From the NCBI GenBank assembly GCA_050298055.1, contig JBNKTL010000009.1, positions 2,930 through 66,929 of the forward strand: 64,000 nt of DNA. Direction: 5' to 3'. The translations under genes and the position numbers were made by a program. Origin of the DNA: Spirochaetota bacterium (GTDB taxonomy: Bacteria; Spirochaetota; UBA4802; UBA5550). Positions 26,607 through 35,431 of the stretch are shown one piece after another. Positions within the stretch are counted from its first letter, which is position 1. Every line of letters starts with the position of its first letter. Under the pieces are notes generated by a model. That model was not told the origin of the DNA, did no database searches, and saw nothing but the letters and a program-made list of their open reading frames with translations.

Positions 26607-26714
26607 GACAGGGGCTCTGACCCCCATTTTGCTAAAAATGGACCGAAAACCGGGGCTCTGACCCTTTTATACAAAAAAAAAGTGATTTAATGGCAGGGGC
26701 TCTGACCCCCTTTT
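26607..26714. repeat. three direct copies of a GGGGCTCTGACCC core in the plsC/metX divergent intergenic region
   Basis: Cores at 26611-26623, 26652-26664 and 26697-26709, spaced 41 and 45 bp, each followed by a T-rich tract. Confidence 0.6.
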
Positions 26715-26744
26715 CCAGAGACCGGGGGATTTACGGTTTTTTTA

Positions 26745-26774
26745 TTGACAATCCTGCTTCCCTGGATGTATGTT
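26745..26774 (+). promoter_or_regulatory. putative promoter of the SAM-riboswitch/metXW transcript
   Basis: TTGACA (26745-26750), 18 nt, TATGTT (26769-26774), about 25 nt upstream of riboswitch P1. Confidence 0.3.
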
Positions 26775-26800
26775 CATTATGACAGAGAACATACATTGTG

Positions 26801-26907
26801 TCTTATCAAGAGTGGTGGAGGGATCTGGCCCGTTGAAACCACGGCAACCGTTCAGGATTGAAAAGGTGCTAATTCCAGCGGAGGCATAAAGCCCCGGAAG
26901 ATGAGAT
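26801..26907 (+). promoter_or_regulatory. SAM-I (S-box) riboswitch
   Basis: TCTTATCAAGAGTGGTGGAGGGATCTGGCCCGTTGAAACCACGGCAACC...AAGGTGCTAATTCCAGCGGA...GAAGATGAGA reproduces the S-box conserved core and the P1 pairing (TCTTATC/GATGAGA). It lies directly upstream of methionine-biosynthesis genes. Confidence 0.85.
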
Positions 26908-26931
26908 GGCAGTTATTATTGAACAGTATAT

Positions 26932-26962
26932 AACCGCAATCTCTTTGAGAGCGGTTTTTTTT
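26932..26962 (+). terminator. riboswitch expression-platform terminator
   Basis: AACCGC-AA-TCTC-TTT-GAGA-GCGGTT followed by a T run to 26962. The inner 5' arm ATCTC can alternatively pair with GAGAT of the P1 3' strand (anti-terminator). Confidence 0.65.
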
Positions 26963-28171
26963 ATGGAAAAGAAAACAACAGTTAATAATAAACCGGGTGA
27001 CAATTCGTCAGGGCAATTATCCGGCAGTTCCGTAGGAATTGTGAGAACCGGTTATTATACCTTCGCGGAACCTCCCGGGAGACTTAAACTTGTCTGCGGA
27101 AAAGAACTGGGGCCCATAACCCTGGCATACGAAACATACGGTGAATTAAACAGCGGCAAAAATAACGCCATCCTGGTCTTTCACGCCCTTTCCGGCAGCG
27201 CCCATGCCGCGGGATACAACTCCCCGGAAGAGAAACACCCGGGCTGGTGGGACCTCTACATCGGTCCCGGAAAAGCTTTTGATACCGGCAAATACTACAT
27301 CATATGCGCCAATGTTATCGGGGGATGCTCGGGCTCCACGGGGCCCTCTTCATTAAACCCGGAAACCGGAAAGCCCTACGCCCTGGACTTTCCCGTGATC
27401 ACAATCCAGGACATGATAAATGCCCAGTATCACCTGGTCAAACACCTTGGCATCGAAAAGCTCCTTGCTGTTGCCGGCGGTTCCATGGGAGGTATGCAGG
27501 CGCTCATGTGGGCAATCTCCTTTCCGGAGACGGCCCGTTCCGTAATAGCCATCGCCACATCAGCACGGCTCTCCGCCCAGGGTATCGCCTTCAATGAGGT
27601 GGGCCGGCAGGCCATTATCAATGATCCCCGGTGGGACAGCGGCAATTACTATGGAAAAAGAATTCCCGATTCCGGGCTCTCCCTGGCAAGGATGATCGGG
27701 CATATTACATATATAAGCGAAAAGCATATGCATGAGAAGTTCGGGAGGCGTTTCCAGAATCCCGGTTACGACAACATTGACTTCAACAGTGAATTCGAGG
27801 TGGAATCGTACCTTCACTACCAGGGGGTAAAGTTTGTGGAGAGATTTGACGCCAATTCCTATCTCTACATAACAAAGGCCATTGACCTCTTCGACCTCAA
27901 GTCCGATTACCGGGGAAACCTGGTGGATGCCTTTGAAAATGTCCGGTCCAACTTTCTGGTGGTCAGTTTTACTTCGGACTGGCTCTACCCGAGCCTGATG
28001 TCTAAAGATATTGTAAAGGCCCTGAGGGCAAACGGAAAGAATGTCATCTATACGGATATCGAGACTGACCTGGGACATGATGCCTTCCTGGTGAAGACAG
28101 AAACACTCATGAAGAACATATCCAACTTCCTTAAATCCGAATGGGAAAAGATTTCAGAAGAAGACAGTTAA
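26963..28171 (+). CDS. metX: homoserine O-acetyltransferase
   Basis: Alpha/beta-hydrolase MetX pattern: VGIV...F...L.L..G..LGPITLAYETYGELN, nucleophile elbow GGSMGGMQALMWA, catalytic HDAFL. Start moved from 26906 (inside the riboswitch) to the ATG after the terminator. Confidence 0.88.
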   Translation: MEKKTTVNNKPGDNSSGQLSGSSVGIVRTGYYTFAEPPGRLKLVCGKELGPITLAYETYGELNSGKNNAILVFHALSGSAHAAGYNSPEEKHPGWWDLYIGPGKAFDTGKYYIICANVIGGCSGSTGPSSLNPETGKPYALDFPVITIQDMINAQYHLVKHLGIEKLLAVAGGSMGGMQALMWAISFPETARSVIAIATSARLSAQGIAFNEVGRQAIINDPRWDSGNYYGKRIPDSGLSLARMIGHITYISEKHMHEKFGRRFQNPGYDNIDFNSEFEVESYLHYQGVKFVERFDANSYLYITKAIDLFDLKSDYRGNLVDAFENVRSNFLVVSFTSDWLYPSLMSKDIVKALRANGKNVIYTDIETDLGHDAFLVKTETLMKNISNFLKSEWEKISEEDS

Positions 28172-28813
28172 ATGAAAAAACACAGTAATATCGGATACGA
28201 CCTTGTGCTCTCCCTTGTCCCGGAGGGGTCCAGGGTCCTGGACCTTGGGTGTGGGAACGGTATTCTCCTCCAGCGCCTTCAAAAGGAAAAAAATGTTAAA
28301 GGCTTCGGAGTTGAGATATCGGAATCGGGGGTGTCACAGTGCGTGGAGAAGGGACTCTACTGTTACCAGGGAGATATTGACGAGGGCCTCTCCGATTACA
28401 GGGACAATTCTTTTGATTTTGTTATCCTCAACCTTACCCTTCAGAACACGAAAAAACCCCGGTACGTTTTAAAGGAAACAATGAGAATAGGAAAAAAAGC
28501 GCTTATCAGCTTTCCTAATTTCGGATATTACAAGACACGCCTGAATGTCCTTATAAAGGGGAGGGTCCCCCGGAACGAACTTTTCCCCTACGAATGGTAT
28601 GAATCTCCTGACATCCATATGCTCTCCATAGATAACTTTCTGGAGTTCTGTGCGGGAAGCGGCTATCACCCGGGACGCCAGCTCCATTTTTCTGTTCGCG
28701 GTGAATCGGAATCCAGGATTGTGAAGTGTTTCCCCAATCTCAGGGCGCAGTACGGATTCTTTATTCTTTGTGACGATTCCCTGAAACGGGATGCCAGTGC
28801 TGAGCCCGCGTGA
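28172..28813 (+). CDS. metW: methionine biosynthesis protein MetW
   Basis: Starts at the nt right after the metX stop. SAM-MT-like fold motif VLDLGCGNGILL plus MetW-typical SFDFVILNLTLQ and SFPNFGYY...PYEWYESPDIHMLSI. Confidence 0.85.
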   Translation: MKKHSNIGYDLVLSLVPEGSRVLDLGCGNGILLQRLQKEKNVKGFGVEISESGVSQCVEKGLYCYQGDIDEGLSDYRDNSFDFVILNLTLQNTKKPRYVLKETMRIGKKALISFPNFGYYKTRLNVLIKGRVPRNELFPYEWYESPDIHMLSIDNFLEFCAGSGYHPGRQLHFSVRGESESRIVKCFPNLRAQYGFFILCDDSLKRDASAEPA

Positions 28814-28911
28814 TTTTGCACCAATAAGATTCTCTTAATAGTTAGATATTCCTGCAGTTAACCAATTATGATTATTTAACAATCACGCAGTCGAAGTACT
28901 CGTCCGGAAGA

Positions 28912-29775
28912 TCAACCTGTTAAGATCTCTACCCCGGTTTCCGTTACCCTTACGGTGTGTTCCCACTGGGCGGAGAGTTTTCTGTCAACCGTTATGGCGG
29001 TCCAGTTGTCTGAAAGAAGCCGGGAGCCGTGTTTTCCTTCATTGACCATGGGTTCAATTGTAAAAACCATGTTCGGGATCAGGGCTATTCCCCTTTTTTT
29101 ACTCCCGTAATGGTGTATGTGCGGTTCCTCGTGAAATTTAAGGCCAACCCCGTGGCCGCCATAGTCTCTTACCACCGAGTATCCGAATTGTGACGCATGG
29201 GCTTCAATGACATTCCCAATTTCACTTAAATCATTTCCCGGCTTCACCTGTTCGATACCCCTGTAGAGACATTCCCTGGCGACCTTTACCAGCCTGGCCG
29301 CGTTATCAGGTGCTTTCCCCACCATATACATACGTCCGGAATCTCCATAATAGCCGTTAAGAATTGTTGTGACATCAACATTTAAGATGTCCCCGTTTTT
29401 CAGAACGGTTTTATCAGGAATACCGTGACATATGACTTCATTCAGGGAAGTGCAGCAGCTTTTGGGGAATCCGTTATAGTTGAGAGTTGCCGGGACAGCG
29501 CCATGACTGACAATATAATTGTGGACAAAATCGTTGATGTCATCGGTGGTGATACCGGGTTCAATAACATCGTTTACCTTATCAAGTATTTCTCTTGTCA
29601 GAGCTGAGCTTTTCCTTATGCCGTCTATCTGCTCATCGGTTTTTATAATGATCCCATGTAAAGGTAAGAGTGATTTTCTGCTTCCTTCACCGTTTTTCAG
29701 GTCCTCTTCCAGATGGCATTTTTTATACTTTTTGCCGCTGCCACACCAGCAGAGACTGTTACGTGTTAACTTCAT
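28912..29775 (-). CDS. map: type I methionine aminopeptidase with N-terminal SEC-C zinc motif
   Basis: SEC-C CWCGSGKKYKKCH; MetAP metal ligands in context (DILNVDVT, YYGDSGRMY, GHGVG, FTIEP, QWEHTV). Confidence 0.9.
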   Translation of the reverse strand: MKLTRNSLCWCGSGKKYKKCHLEEDLKNGEGSRKSLLPLHGIIIKTDEQIDGIRKSSALTREILDKVNDVIEPGITTDDINDFVHNYIVSHGAVPATLNYNGFPKSCCTSLNEVICHGIPDKTVLKNGDILNVDVTTILNGYYGDSGRMYMVGKAPDNAARLVKVARECLYRGIEQVKPGNDLSEIGNVIEAHASQFGYSVVRDYGGHGVGLKFHEEPHIHHYGSKKRGIALIPNMVFTIEPMVNEGKHGSRLLSDNWTAITVDRKLSAQWEHTVRVTETGVEILTG

Positions 29776-29968
29776 ATAATGTACACTTCCTCAATTACGC
29801 GAATCATGCGATAAAACAATATTTGACATTCTCATAAAAGACATTAATTACAGCCGTCTAGCTGAGCCGTTACCAATATTTTTACTACATATGTTCAGTG
29901 TCAAGCAATACCTGTTAAAGGATTACTCCCCAGGCCTGCTTTAAAATCATTATCCAGATAAAACTGTC

Positions 29969-29999
29969 TTTCCCCCGCTGACGAAGGGAGCGGGGGAAA
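29969..29999 (-). terminator. GC hairpin downstream of the PilZ gene (possible terminator)
   Basis: 11-bp stem TTTCCCCCGCT/AGCGGGGGAAA with a 9-nt loop. Only a weak T tract follows on the minus strand. Confidence 0.35.
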
Positions 30000-30129
30000 A
30001 CTGTTAATCCTTTCATCGTTATAAATATTCTCAACCATTCGGATAAGCCATTACATCAAATGTTACAAAGAACCGCTCTGCATAAAGAATATAAAGAAAA
30101 AAACAGGGAGAAGCAAGGGAATTAAAGTT

Positions 30130-30465
30130 CTATTCTTTAATTTCAAGCATGGCGGATTCCGCGTAGGAGACAATGTTTTTCAGGTGAATATAGCTGTCCA
30201 ACTCCATCTCTTTAAACTTAATCCCGGCACCCTGACCTGATTTCCGTTCAACCACGCCATTAATCCTGAAAGAAATATCCGTTGTTGAACCGCTGAGATG
30301 CAGCTCGACTGTAACATCCGAATCTACATCAACGTCCATGTCAGTAAAAATGAATATTCCCTTGAGACTCAGGTCCTTTATGGGTCCCAGGGATGACTTG
30401 CCATTAACGATAATCCTGGCTTCCGCTTCATATATGACACGCTGATTTTCTCGTTTATTATCCAT
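30130..30465 (-). CDS. single-domain PilZ c-di-GMP receptor
   Basis: Both PilZ signatures are present: RxxxR (RENQR) and D-x-S-x-x-G (DLSLKG). Confidence 0.8.
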   Translation of the reverse strand: MDNKRENQRVIYEAEARIIVNGKSSLGPIKDLSLKGIFIFTDMDVDVDSDVTVELHLSGSTTDISFRINGVVERKSGQGAGIKFKEMELDSYIHLKNIVSYAESAMLEIKE

Positions 30466-30479
30466 AAGATAATGAGTAT

Positions 30480-30641
30480 TTATCCCTTTTTAACTTTCCG
30501 GTAAACAAATCCGCCAAATACGATTGCCAGGACAACTCCCAGGAGAGTTTCAATGACGTGCGGATTACCCACCAGTTTCATCCAGACAATAAAAAGGGCA
30601 ACTCCCGCTCCGATTCCGATTATTTCATCAAGTTTTTTCAT
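30480..30641 (-). CDS. small (53 aa) two-helix membrane protein, apparently co-transcribed with the PilZ gene
   Basis: Below the 60-aa track cut-off. Translates to MKKLDEIIGIGAGVALFIVWMKLVGNPHVIETLLGVVLAIVFGGFVYRKVKKG and stops 14 nt before the PilZ start. Confidence 0.35.
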   Translation of the reverse strand: MKKLDEIIGIGAGVALFIVWMKLVGNPHVIETLLGVVLAIVFGGFVYRKVKKG

Positions 30642-30777
30642 ACTAAAAGTATAAATATCGGCAAAAATAATACAAGGAATTTTTCATTTAGTGCCGTGAA
30701 AAAGCCGGGAATAAGGCAATGAAAAAAATCTTGACTCTTGTATTTTTACGGTTAATAATAAGGCACCGGGTGAAGAA

Positions 30778-31353
30778 ATGGGAAAGAACGACGGTTCATT
30801 AGTTTTCTTAAAAAAACTCCAGATGGCGGAAAAGTTCTGCAACGGCAACACGGAGAAAGCCAAAAAGCTCCTCAATGGAGAGTTTGATGATATCCTCATC
30901 ATAAAGGGCCGTTTGAGTGATGAAGAAGAGGAGGTCTTTGGATTGTTTCTTCTTTTTATCAGCCGTGTTTTTTACAGGGTTGTTGTAAATTTTTTTATTC
31001 TGACAAACTATACTGTTGCCCTTCAGTGTAAACCGGCACTGGACTGGAAGACCTTTCTCAACAGGATTGAGAAGGAGACGCAGAATCCTGAATTTGACTT
31101 AAAACTTAACCAGAAGGTAAATGACAGGCTGAAGGAATTGTTAACGATTAAAGAGATTTTCCCCCTGCTCGAATGGATGGAGAATAACAAGATCCGGGAA
31201 ATAAAGGAAAAGTTTGAATTGTTGCTGGAAAAGGCCGTCAGGAAGCAAAAAATCGAAGTGGACCTCGAATTTGAAGATACGACTTCTTTTGTCCTTTACG
31301 ATAAATGGAAAATAAAACCCCCCGAACCGGAAAAGAAGAATGAGGAGCAGTAA
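30778..31353 (+). CDS. hypothetical protein (charged, coiled-coil-like C-terminal half)
   Basis: 191-aa ORF with no recognisable motif. A plausible promoter TTGACT-N16-TAATAA lies at 30731-30758. Confidence 0.45.
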   Translation: MGKNDGSLVFLKKLQMAEKFCNGNTEKAKKLLNGEFDDILIIKGRLSDEEEEVFGLFLLFISRVFYRVVVNFFILTNYTVALQCKPALDWKTFLNRIEKETQNPEFDLKLNQKVNDRLKELLTIKEIFPLLEWMENNKIREIKEKFELLLEKAVRKQKIEVDLEFEDTTSFVLYDKWKIKPPEPEKKNEEQ

Positions 31354-31463
31354 TTAAGTAACAGATTATTTGTCCTGAAAAACTAATCCTTTTTGCCGCA
31401 GAAATTAATACTTTTGGGTAACGAAGATTAGTACCCAAAGAAACATCCAAAATCCCGGTATTA

Positions 31464-31492
31464 TTGACATAACTTTTCTTCTATGCTATCAT
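31464..31492 (+). promoter_or_regulatory. putative sigma70-type promoter of the SBP-kinase operon
   Basis: TTGACA (31464-31469), 17 nt, TATCAT (31487-31492). Confidence 0.35.
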
Positions 31493-31577
31493 CAATTGTG
31501 TGGGTGTTTAACACAGAGTGTGGATATAAATATTTCTTTATTCATCTTGATCATCTTCCCGTGCAGGAGGTTTGCGG

Positions 31578-32672
31578 ATGAAGAGGTTTATTGTTCTCAT
31601 TTCAATCATTTACTCAATGAGCATGTTGGGATGCGGCCTTCTCAATTCGGGTAAAGAGCCGGTAAAAATTGCCGCAATCATCAACATGTCAGGGCCCGCG
31701 GGGCATATGAAACAGACCGGGGACGGTATCGATCTCGCGGTTGATGAGATCAACAGTACCGGGGGGTTAAACGGCCATCCCCTTAAGATCATCTACAGGG
31801 ACAATAAGAGTAATCCACGGGAAGCAGTGAAGCAGTTCAATGCAGTAGAAAAAGAAGAGAGGCCGCTCTTCTACATATCCTCATCAAGCTCATGTTCCAC
31901 GGCCCTGGCCGAATATGCCGAGAAGAACAAGGTCATCGTTGTGGGCCTCATGACATCATCGGATGAATTCCCCAAACTGAGCCGGTGGGTGGTGAGATAT
32001 TATTTTACATCAGAATATGAAGCAAAAGCGGCCATGAAGATTATGAAAATGCTGAAAATAAAAACAGTGGGGTTCTTATACCAGGACGATGAATTTGGCA
32101 GGTCCGTGTACAAAGTCTTTTTACAGCAGAAAGATGCCGGGAAACTGAAAATCTATCCTGAACCTTTCAGCAGCAAAAGTCCTTCACTGACAAAAAATGT
32201 AAAGAAGCTCCTCAAAACAGAAGCTCTTTATATAATAACTTTCGGGAAGCGGTACAAGACCCTGATCCCCGAAATACGCAGACTCAAATACAAAGGCCGA
32301 ATCATAACCCACTCCGGCGCATCAACTCAACGCATATTGGAGATACCTGAAGCTGAAAAGGTCTATGTAGCTGCTCCCCTTATTTACAACCCGCATTACT
32401 TCTTTGCAAATGAATTCAGCAAGTCTCTTAAAAAGAAATTAAACAGAAAGGTATCCCATTACAACGGGATTGGTTATGACATCGTCAAATTAGTCATGAA
32501 CCTGATGACCGGCAGGGAACTGACAAGAATAAATGTGCAAAACAGGCTTACCTCCGGTTTCATCCATCCGGGTATCTTCGGAGATATCAGGGCAGAAAAA
32601 GGAAGCAATGATATCGGGCTTCCTCTCTACCCCGCGCAGATAAACGGGGGCAAATTGCATTATTTAAAATAA
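31578..32672 (+). CDS. periplasmic binding lipoprotein, LivK-type (Peripla_BP_6-like)
   Basis: Start set at the ATG 7 nt after AGGAGG; lipobox MLGC. Motifs KIAAIINMSGP...GIDLAVDEINSTGGLNGHPLKIIYRDN parallel the 22397-23554 protein. Confidence 0.75.
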   Translation: MKRFIVLISIIYSMSMLGCGLLNSGKEPVKIAAIINMSGPAGHMKQTGDGIDLAVDEINSTGGLNGHPLKIIYRDNKSNPREAVKQFNAVEKEERPLFYISSSSSCSTALAEYAEKNKVIVVGLMTSSDEFPKLSRWVVRYYFTSEYEAKAAMKIMKMLKIKTVGFLYQDDEFGRSVYKVFLQQKDAGKLKIYPEPFSSKSPSLTKNVKKLLKTEALYIITFGKRYKTLIPEIRRLKYKGRIITHSGASTQRILEIPEAEKVYVAAPLIYNPHYFFANEFSKSLKKKLNRKVSHYNGIGYDIVKLVMNLMTGRELTRINVQNRLTSGFIHPGIFGDIRAEKGSNDIGLPLYPAQINGGKLHYLK

Positions 32673-32677
32673 CGATT

Positions 32678-34606
32678 ATGGAACTTTCAATTCGAAAAAA
32701 AATGATCCTGGGATTTTTCATTATTGTGTTCTTTTTTGCAATCATTGTTATCTATTTGCTGAACCAGAGTGAGAGATCGATAAAAGAATCAATAGGGAAT
32801 TCCACTGTTGTGATCGCCGAATCCAGGCTCCTGGGTATTATCTCATCAATTTGCAATATCAGCCTTGTGATCAAATCAAACAGCAACTGGAAATCCATTA
32901 AAGACTTAATAAAAAAATCGAATTTCAAATTTTCACAGATAAAAGACGTACCCGGGTATATGGAGAGAATTGAAAAGAAACTTCGTTCCGGGGACCCGGC
33001 AATCACTTCACTGGTAAAAAAAACGGCACTCAATGAGATCACACGTCACTTCAACAATGAAATTGTTGAATACTATGAAAACAATCACGGTTATAAAACC
33101 GTCAGTGATATCCTCATTACAAACAGGTATGGGGCAACTATTGCGGCAACCGGTAAATTGACTGAATACAACCATGCTGATGACCCCTGGTGGTCAAATA
33201 ATAAAGGCAGTGACCTGGCCCTGGCAAAATACGAATATGATTTTCATACCAGTCAATTTGGAATAAACATTATTGTTCATATAAAAGATGAAAAGGGCCG
33301 CTTTATAGGTGCTTTGAAATCCCAGATTGACATAAGCGGTATAATCAGGGAAACCGACCTGGCTAATAAAAAATACAGAAGTACATACACCAGCCTTTTG
33401 TCAGAAAAGGGAAAACTTATATATTCCACAAGGACTTTCAAACCTGACGAGGACTATACGAAGAAAGATCTTTACAAATCATTTACTGCCCGGAAGGGTT
33501 TTTTTACTCTTAAAGAAGGAAACGTAAGCCGGCTCATCTCGTATGTTAAGGCTGTTGAGAAAGGACATGAGATCGGGAACGGGTGGATCATCTTTGTATC
33601 ACACAATATTGATGAAGTCCTCGAGCCGGTTTTGCTGTTTAAAAAACAGTTTTCCGTGTTATTAATTATTTTCCTGGTAACGGGAATCGGCATTGCTTTA
33701 TGGAACATGCGGAGTATCACAAAGCCCCTTGCCAACCTGGTAAAAGACATCGATATCATCAGCAGGGGCAACCTCGATCACAGGGTCAAAATCGAATCAA
33801 AGAATGAATTCTCCTACCTGGGTGAGAGGTTTAATAATATGCTGATAAACCTGAAAAAAACCGTGCAGGCGCTGAAAAGTTCAAACAGGGACCTGGAACA
33901 CTTCGCCTATGTTGCGTCCCACGATCTCCAGGAGCCCTTGCGGATGGTTTCAAGCTATCTTGAACTGATCAAGAAAAGATATTCCCATGAGCTGGATGAT
34001 GACGCGGACGAGTTCATTGGATATGCCATTGACGGGGCAAAGAGGATGAAGGTATTGATCAATGACCTTCTTGTCTACTCCCGGCTTACAACCCGGGGGA
34101 AGGATTTTCGTTACTCTGACCTCAACGAGCTCTTTATTGTGGTCTTAAACAACCTGAAATTTTCTCTTACTGAAAATAACGCTGATATAAGCTGTAATGA
34201 ACTGCCGAAGATGCACGTTGATGATACACAGTTTATCCAGCTCATGCAGAACCTTATCAGCAATGCCATAAAATTCAGGAGCGATACAGATCCGGTTATT
34301 CACATATCCGCCCGTGAAAAGGAAGATGAATGGGAATTTTCAGTAGAGGACAACGGGATAGGTATCCACAGGCAGTTTTCCGACAAAATATTTATTATCT
34401 TTCAGAGGCTCCATACACGAAATGAGTATCCGGGGACCGGGATCGGTCTTGCCATATGTAAAAAAATCGTGGAGAGGCACCGGGGAAGGATCTGGTTTGA
34501 TTCAGTTCCCGGAGAAGGCACAACTTTCTTTTTTACCATAAATAAATATCTCAACTTAACTGATCGTCCGGGAGGGAGAAATGGAGAAAATAATACTCCT
34601 CATTGA
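32678..34606 (+). CDS. membrane sensor histidine kinase: dCache-like-HAMP-HisKA(Cph1-type H-box)-HATPase
   Basis: TM, then a Cache-like loop (ILITNRYGATIAATG...HADDPWW), TM and HAMP; H-box FAYVASHDLQEPLRMVSSYLELIKKRY; ATPase NLISNAIKF, EDNGIGI, GTGIGLAICKKIV. Confidence 0.85.
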   Translation: MELSIRKKMILGFFIIVFFFAIIVIYLLNQSERSIKESIGNSTVVIAESRLLGIISSICNISLVIKSNSNWKSIKDLIKKSNFKFSQIKDVPGYMERIEKKLRSGDPAITSLVKKTALNEITRHFNNEIVEYYENNHGYKTVSDILITNRYGATIAATGKLTEYNHADDPWWSNNKGSDLALAKYEYDFHTSQFGINIIVHIKDEKGRFIGALKSQIDISGIIRETDLANKKYRSTYTSLLSEKGKLIYSTRTFKPDEDYTKKDLYKSFTARKGFFTLKEGNVSRLISYVKAVEKGHEIGNGWIIFVSHNIDEVLEPVLLFKKQFSVLLIIFLVTGIGIALWNMRSITKPLANLVKDIDIISRGNLDHRVKIESKNEFSYLGERFNNMLINLKKTVQALKSSNRDLEHFAYVASHDLQEPLRMVSSYLELIKKRYSHELDDDADEFIGYAIDGAKRMKVLINDLLVYSRLTTRGKDFRYSDLNELFIVVLNNLKFSLTENNADISCNELPKMHVDDTQFIQLMQNLISNAIKFRSDTDPVIHISAREKEDEWEFSVEDNGIGIHRQFSDKIFIIFQRLHTRNEYPGTGIGLAICKKIVERHRGRIWFDSVPGEGTTFFFTINKYLNLTDRPGGRNGENNTPH

Positions 34607-34994
34607 AGACAATCCCACAGACGCCGCACATGTTAAAGAAGCCCTGAAAGATTGCGGGCTCTCATACAGATTGTATACGGTTACGAACGGTGAAGACGCG
34701 TTATCAAAATTAAACTCAAAAGACTTTATCAGGCCCTCCCTGATCATCCTGGACCTTTTCCTGCCCGGGTTAGACGGCTGGAAAATACTGGAGTGCCTGA
34801 AGTCCGATTCTTCCCTGAGAACGATTCCCGTATCAATATTGACTGTGTCCGGAGAGCAGTCTGATATAATCAGAGCATATAAAAATATGGCAAACTGTTA
34901 CATCGTGAAGCCGCCGGATCCCGGCCAATACAGGGATATATTGCAATCTCTCTGCCGTTTTTGGTTTGAGACGGCCAGGCTGCCTGAATTCTGA
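34581..34994 (+). CDS. stand-alone receiver, Rcp1-like
   Basis: ILLIEDNPTDA...LIILDLFLPGLDG...VSILTVSGE...NCYIVKP...LCRFWFETARLP. Strong SD GGGAGGGAG; overlaps the kinase 3' end by 26 nt. Confidence 0.85.
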   Translation: MEKIILLIEDNPTDAAHVKEALKDCGLSYRLYTVTNGEDALSKLNSKDFIRPSLIILDLFLPGLDGWKILECLKSDSSLRTIPVSILTVSGEQSDIIRAYKNMANCYIVKPPDPGQYRDILQSLCRFWFETARLPEF

Positions 34995-35012
34995 TGATTA
35001 AAGGAGAAGTCT

Positions 35013-35423
35013 ATGGAACCGATCAACATTTTACTGGTGGAAGACAACCCGGGGGATATCAGGCTGACCCAGGAAGCACTCCTGGACAGCAAGATCAGGA
35101 ACAACCTTGAAATTGCCATGGACGGGGAGCAGGCATTGAAAAAACTGCAGGAGGAGGGCTACAGGCCCGATGTTATCTTCCTGGACCTGAACATGCCCCG
35201 GGTGAGCGGACGGGAGGTCCTGGTGGACATCAAATCCGATCCCGAACTGAAAAAGATCCCCGTTGTTATACTGACAACGTCTCAGAATGAGGAGGATATC
35301 CTTCACTCATACAATAACTACTGTAACTGCTATATTACGAAACCCATAGACCTGGAGCAGTTTATCAAACTGGTACAATCCATTGATAATTTCTGGTTCT
35401 CTATTGTTAAGCTGCCCACATAG
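35013..35423 (+). CDS. stand-alone receiver, Rcp1-like
   Basis: ILLVEDNPGDIRL...VIFLDLNMPRVSGREVLVDIKSDPELKKIPVVILTTSQNEEDILHSYNNYCNCYITKP...IDNFWFSIVKLPT. From memory this closely resembles the cyanobacterial phytochrome partner Rcp1. Confidence 0.88.
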   Translation: MEPINILLVEDNPGDIRLTQEALLDSKIRNNLEIAMDGEQALKKLQEEGYRPDVIFLDLNMPRVSGREVLVDIKSDPELKKIPVVILTTSQNEEDILHSYNNYCNCYITKPIDLEQFIKLVQSIDNFWFSIVKLPT

Positions 35424-35431
35424 AAAAGGAC

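Noticed and set aside
26607-26714. Possible miniature CRISPR array (three repeats with spacers).
   Set aside because: The repeat core is only 13-14 nt, the spacers are 28-32 nt of T-rich sequence with shared flanks, there are only three units, and no cas genes or leader are in the window.
26906-26962. N-terminal extension of metX given in the ORF track (start at 26906).
   Set aside because: That ATG lies in the 3' strand of riboswitch helix P1, and the extension would be translated through the terminator hairpin. The MetX-homologous sequence begins only after 26963.
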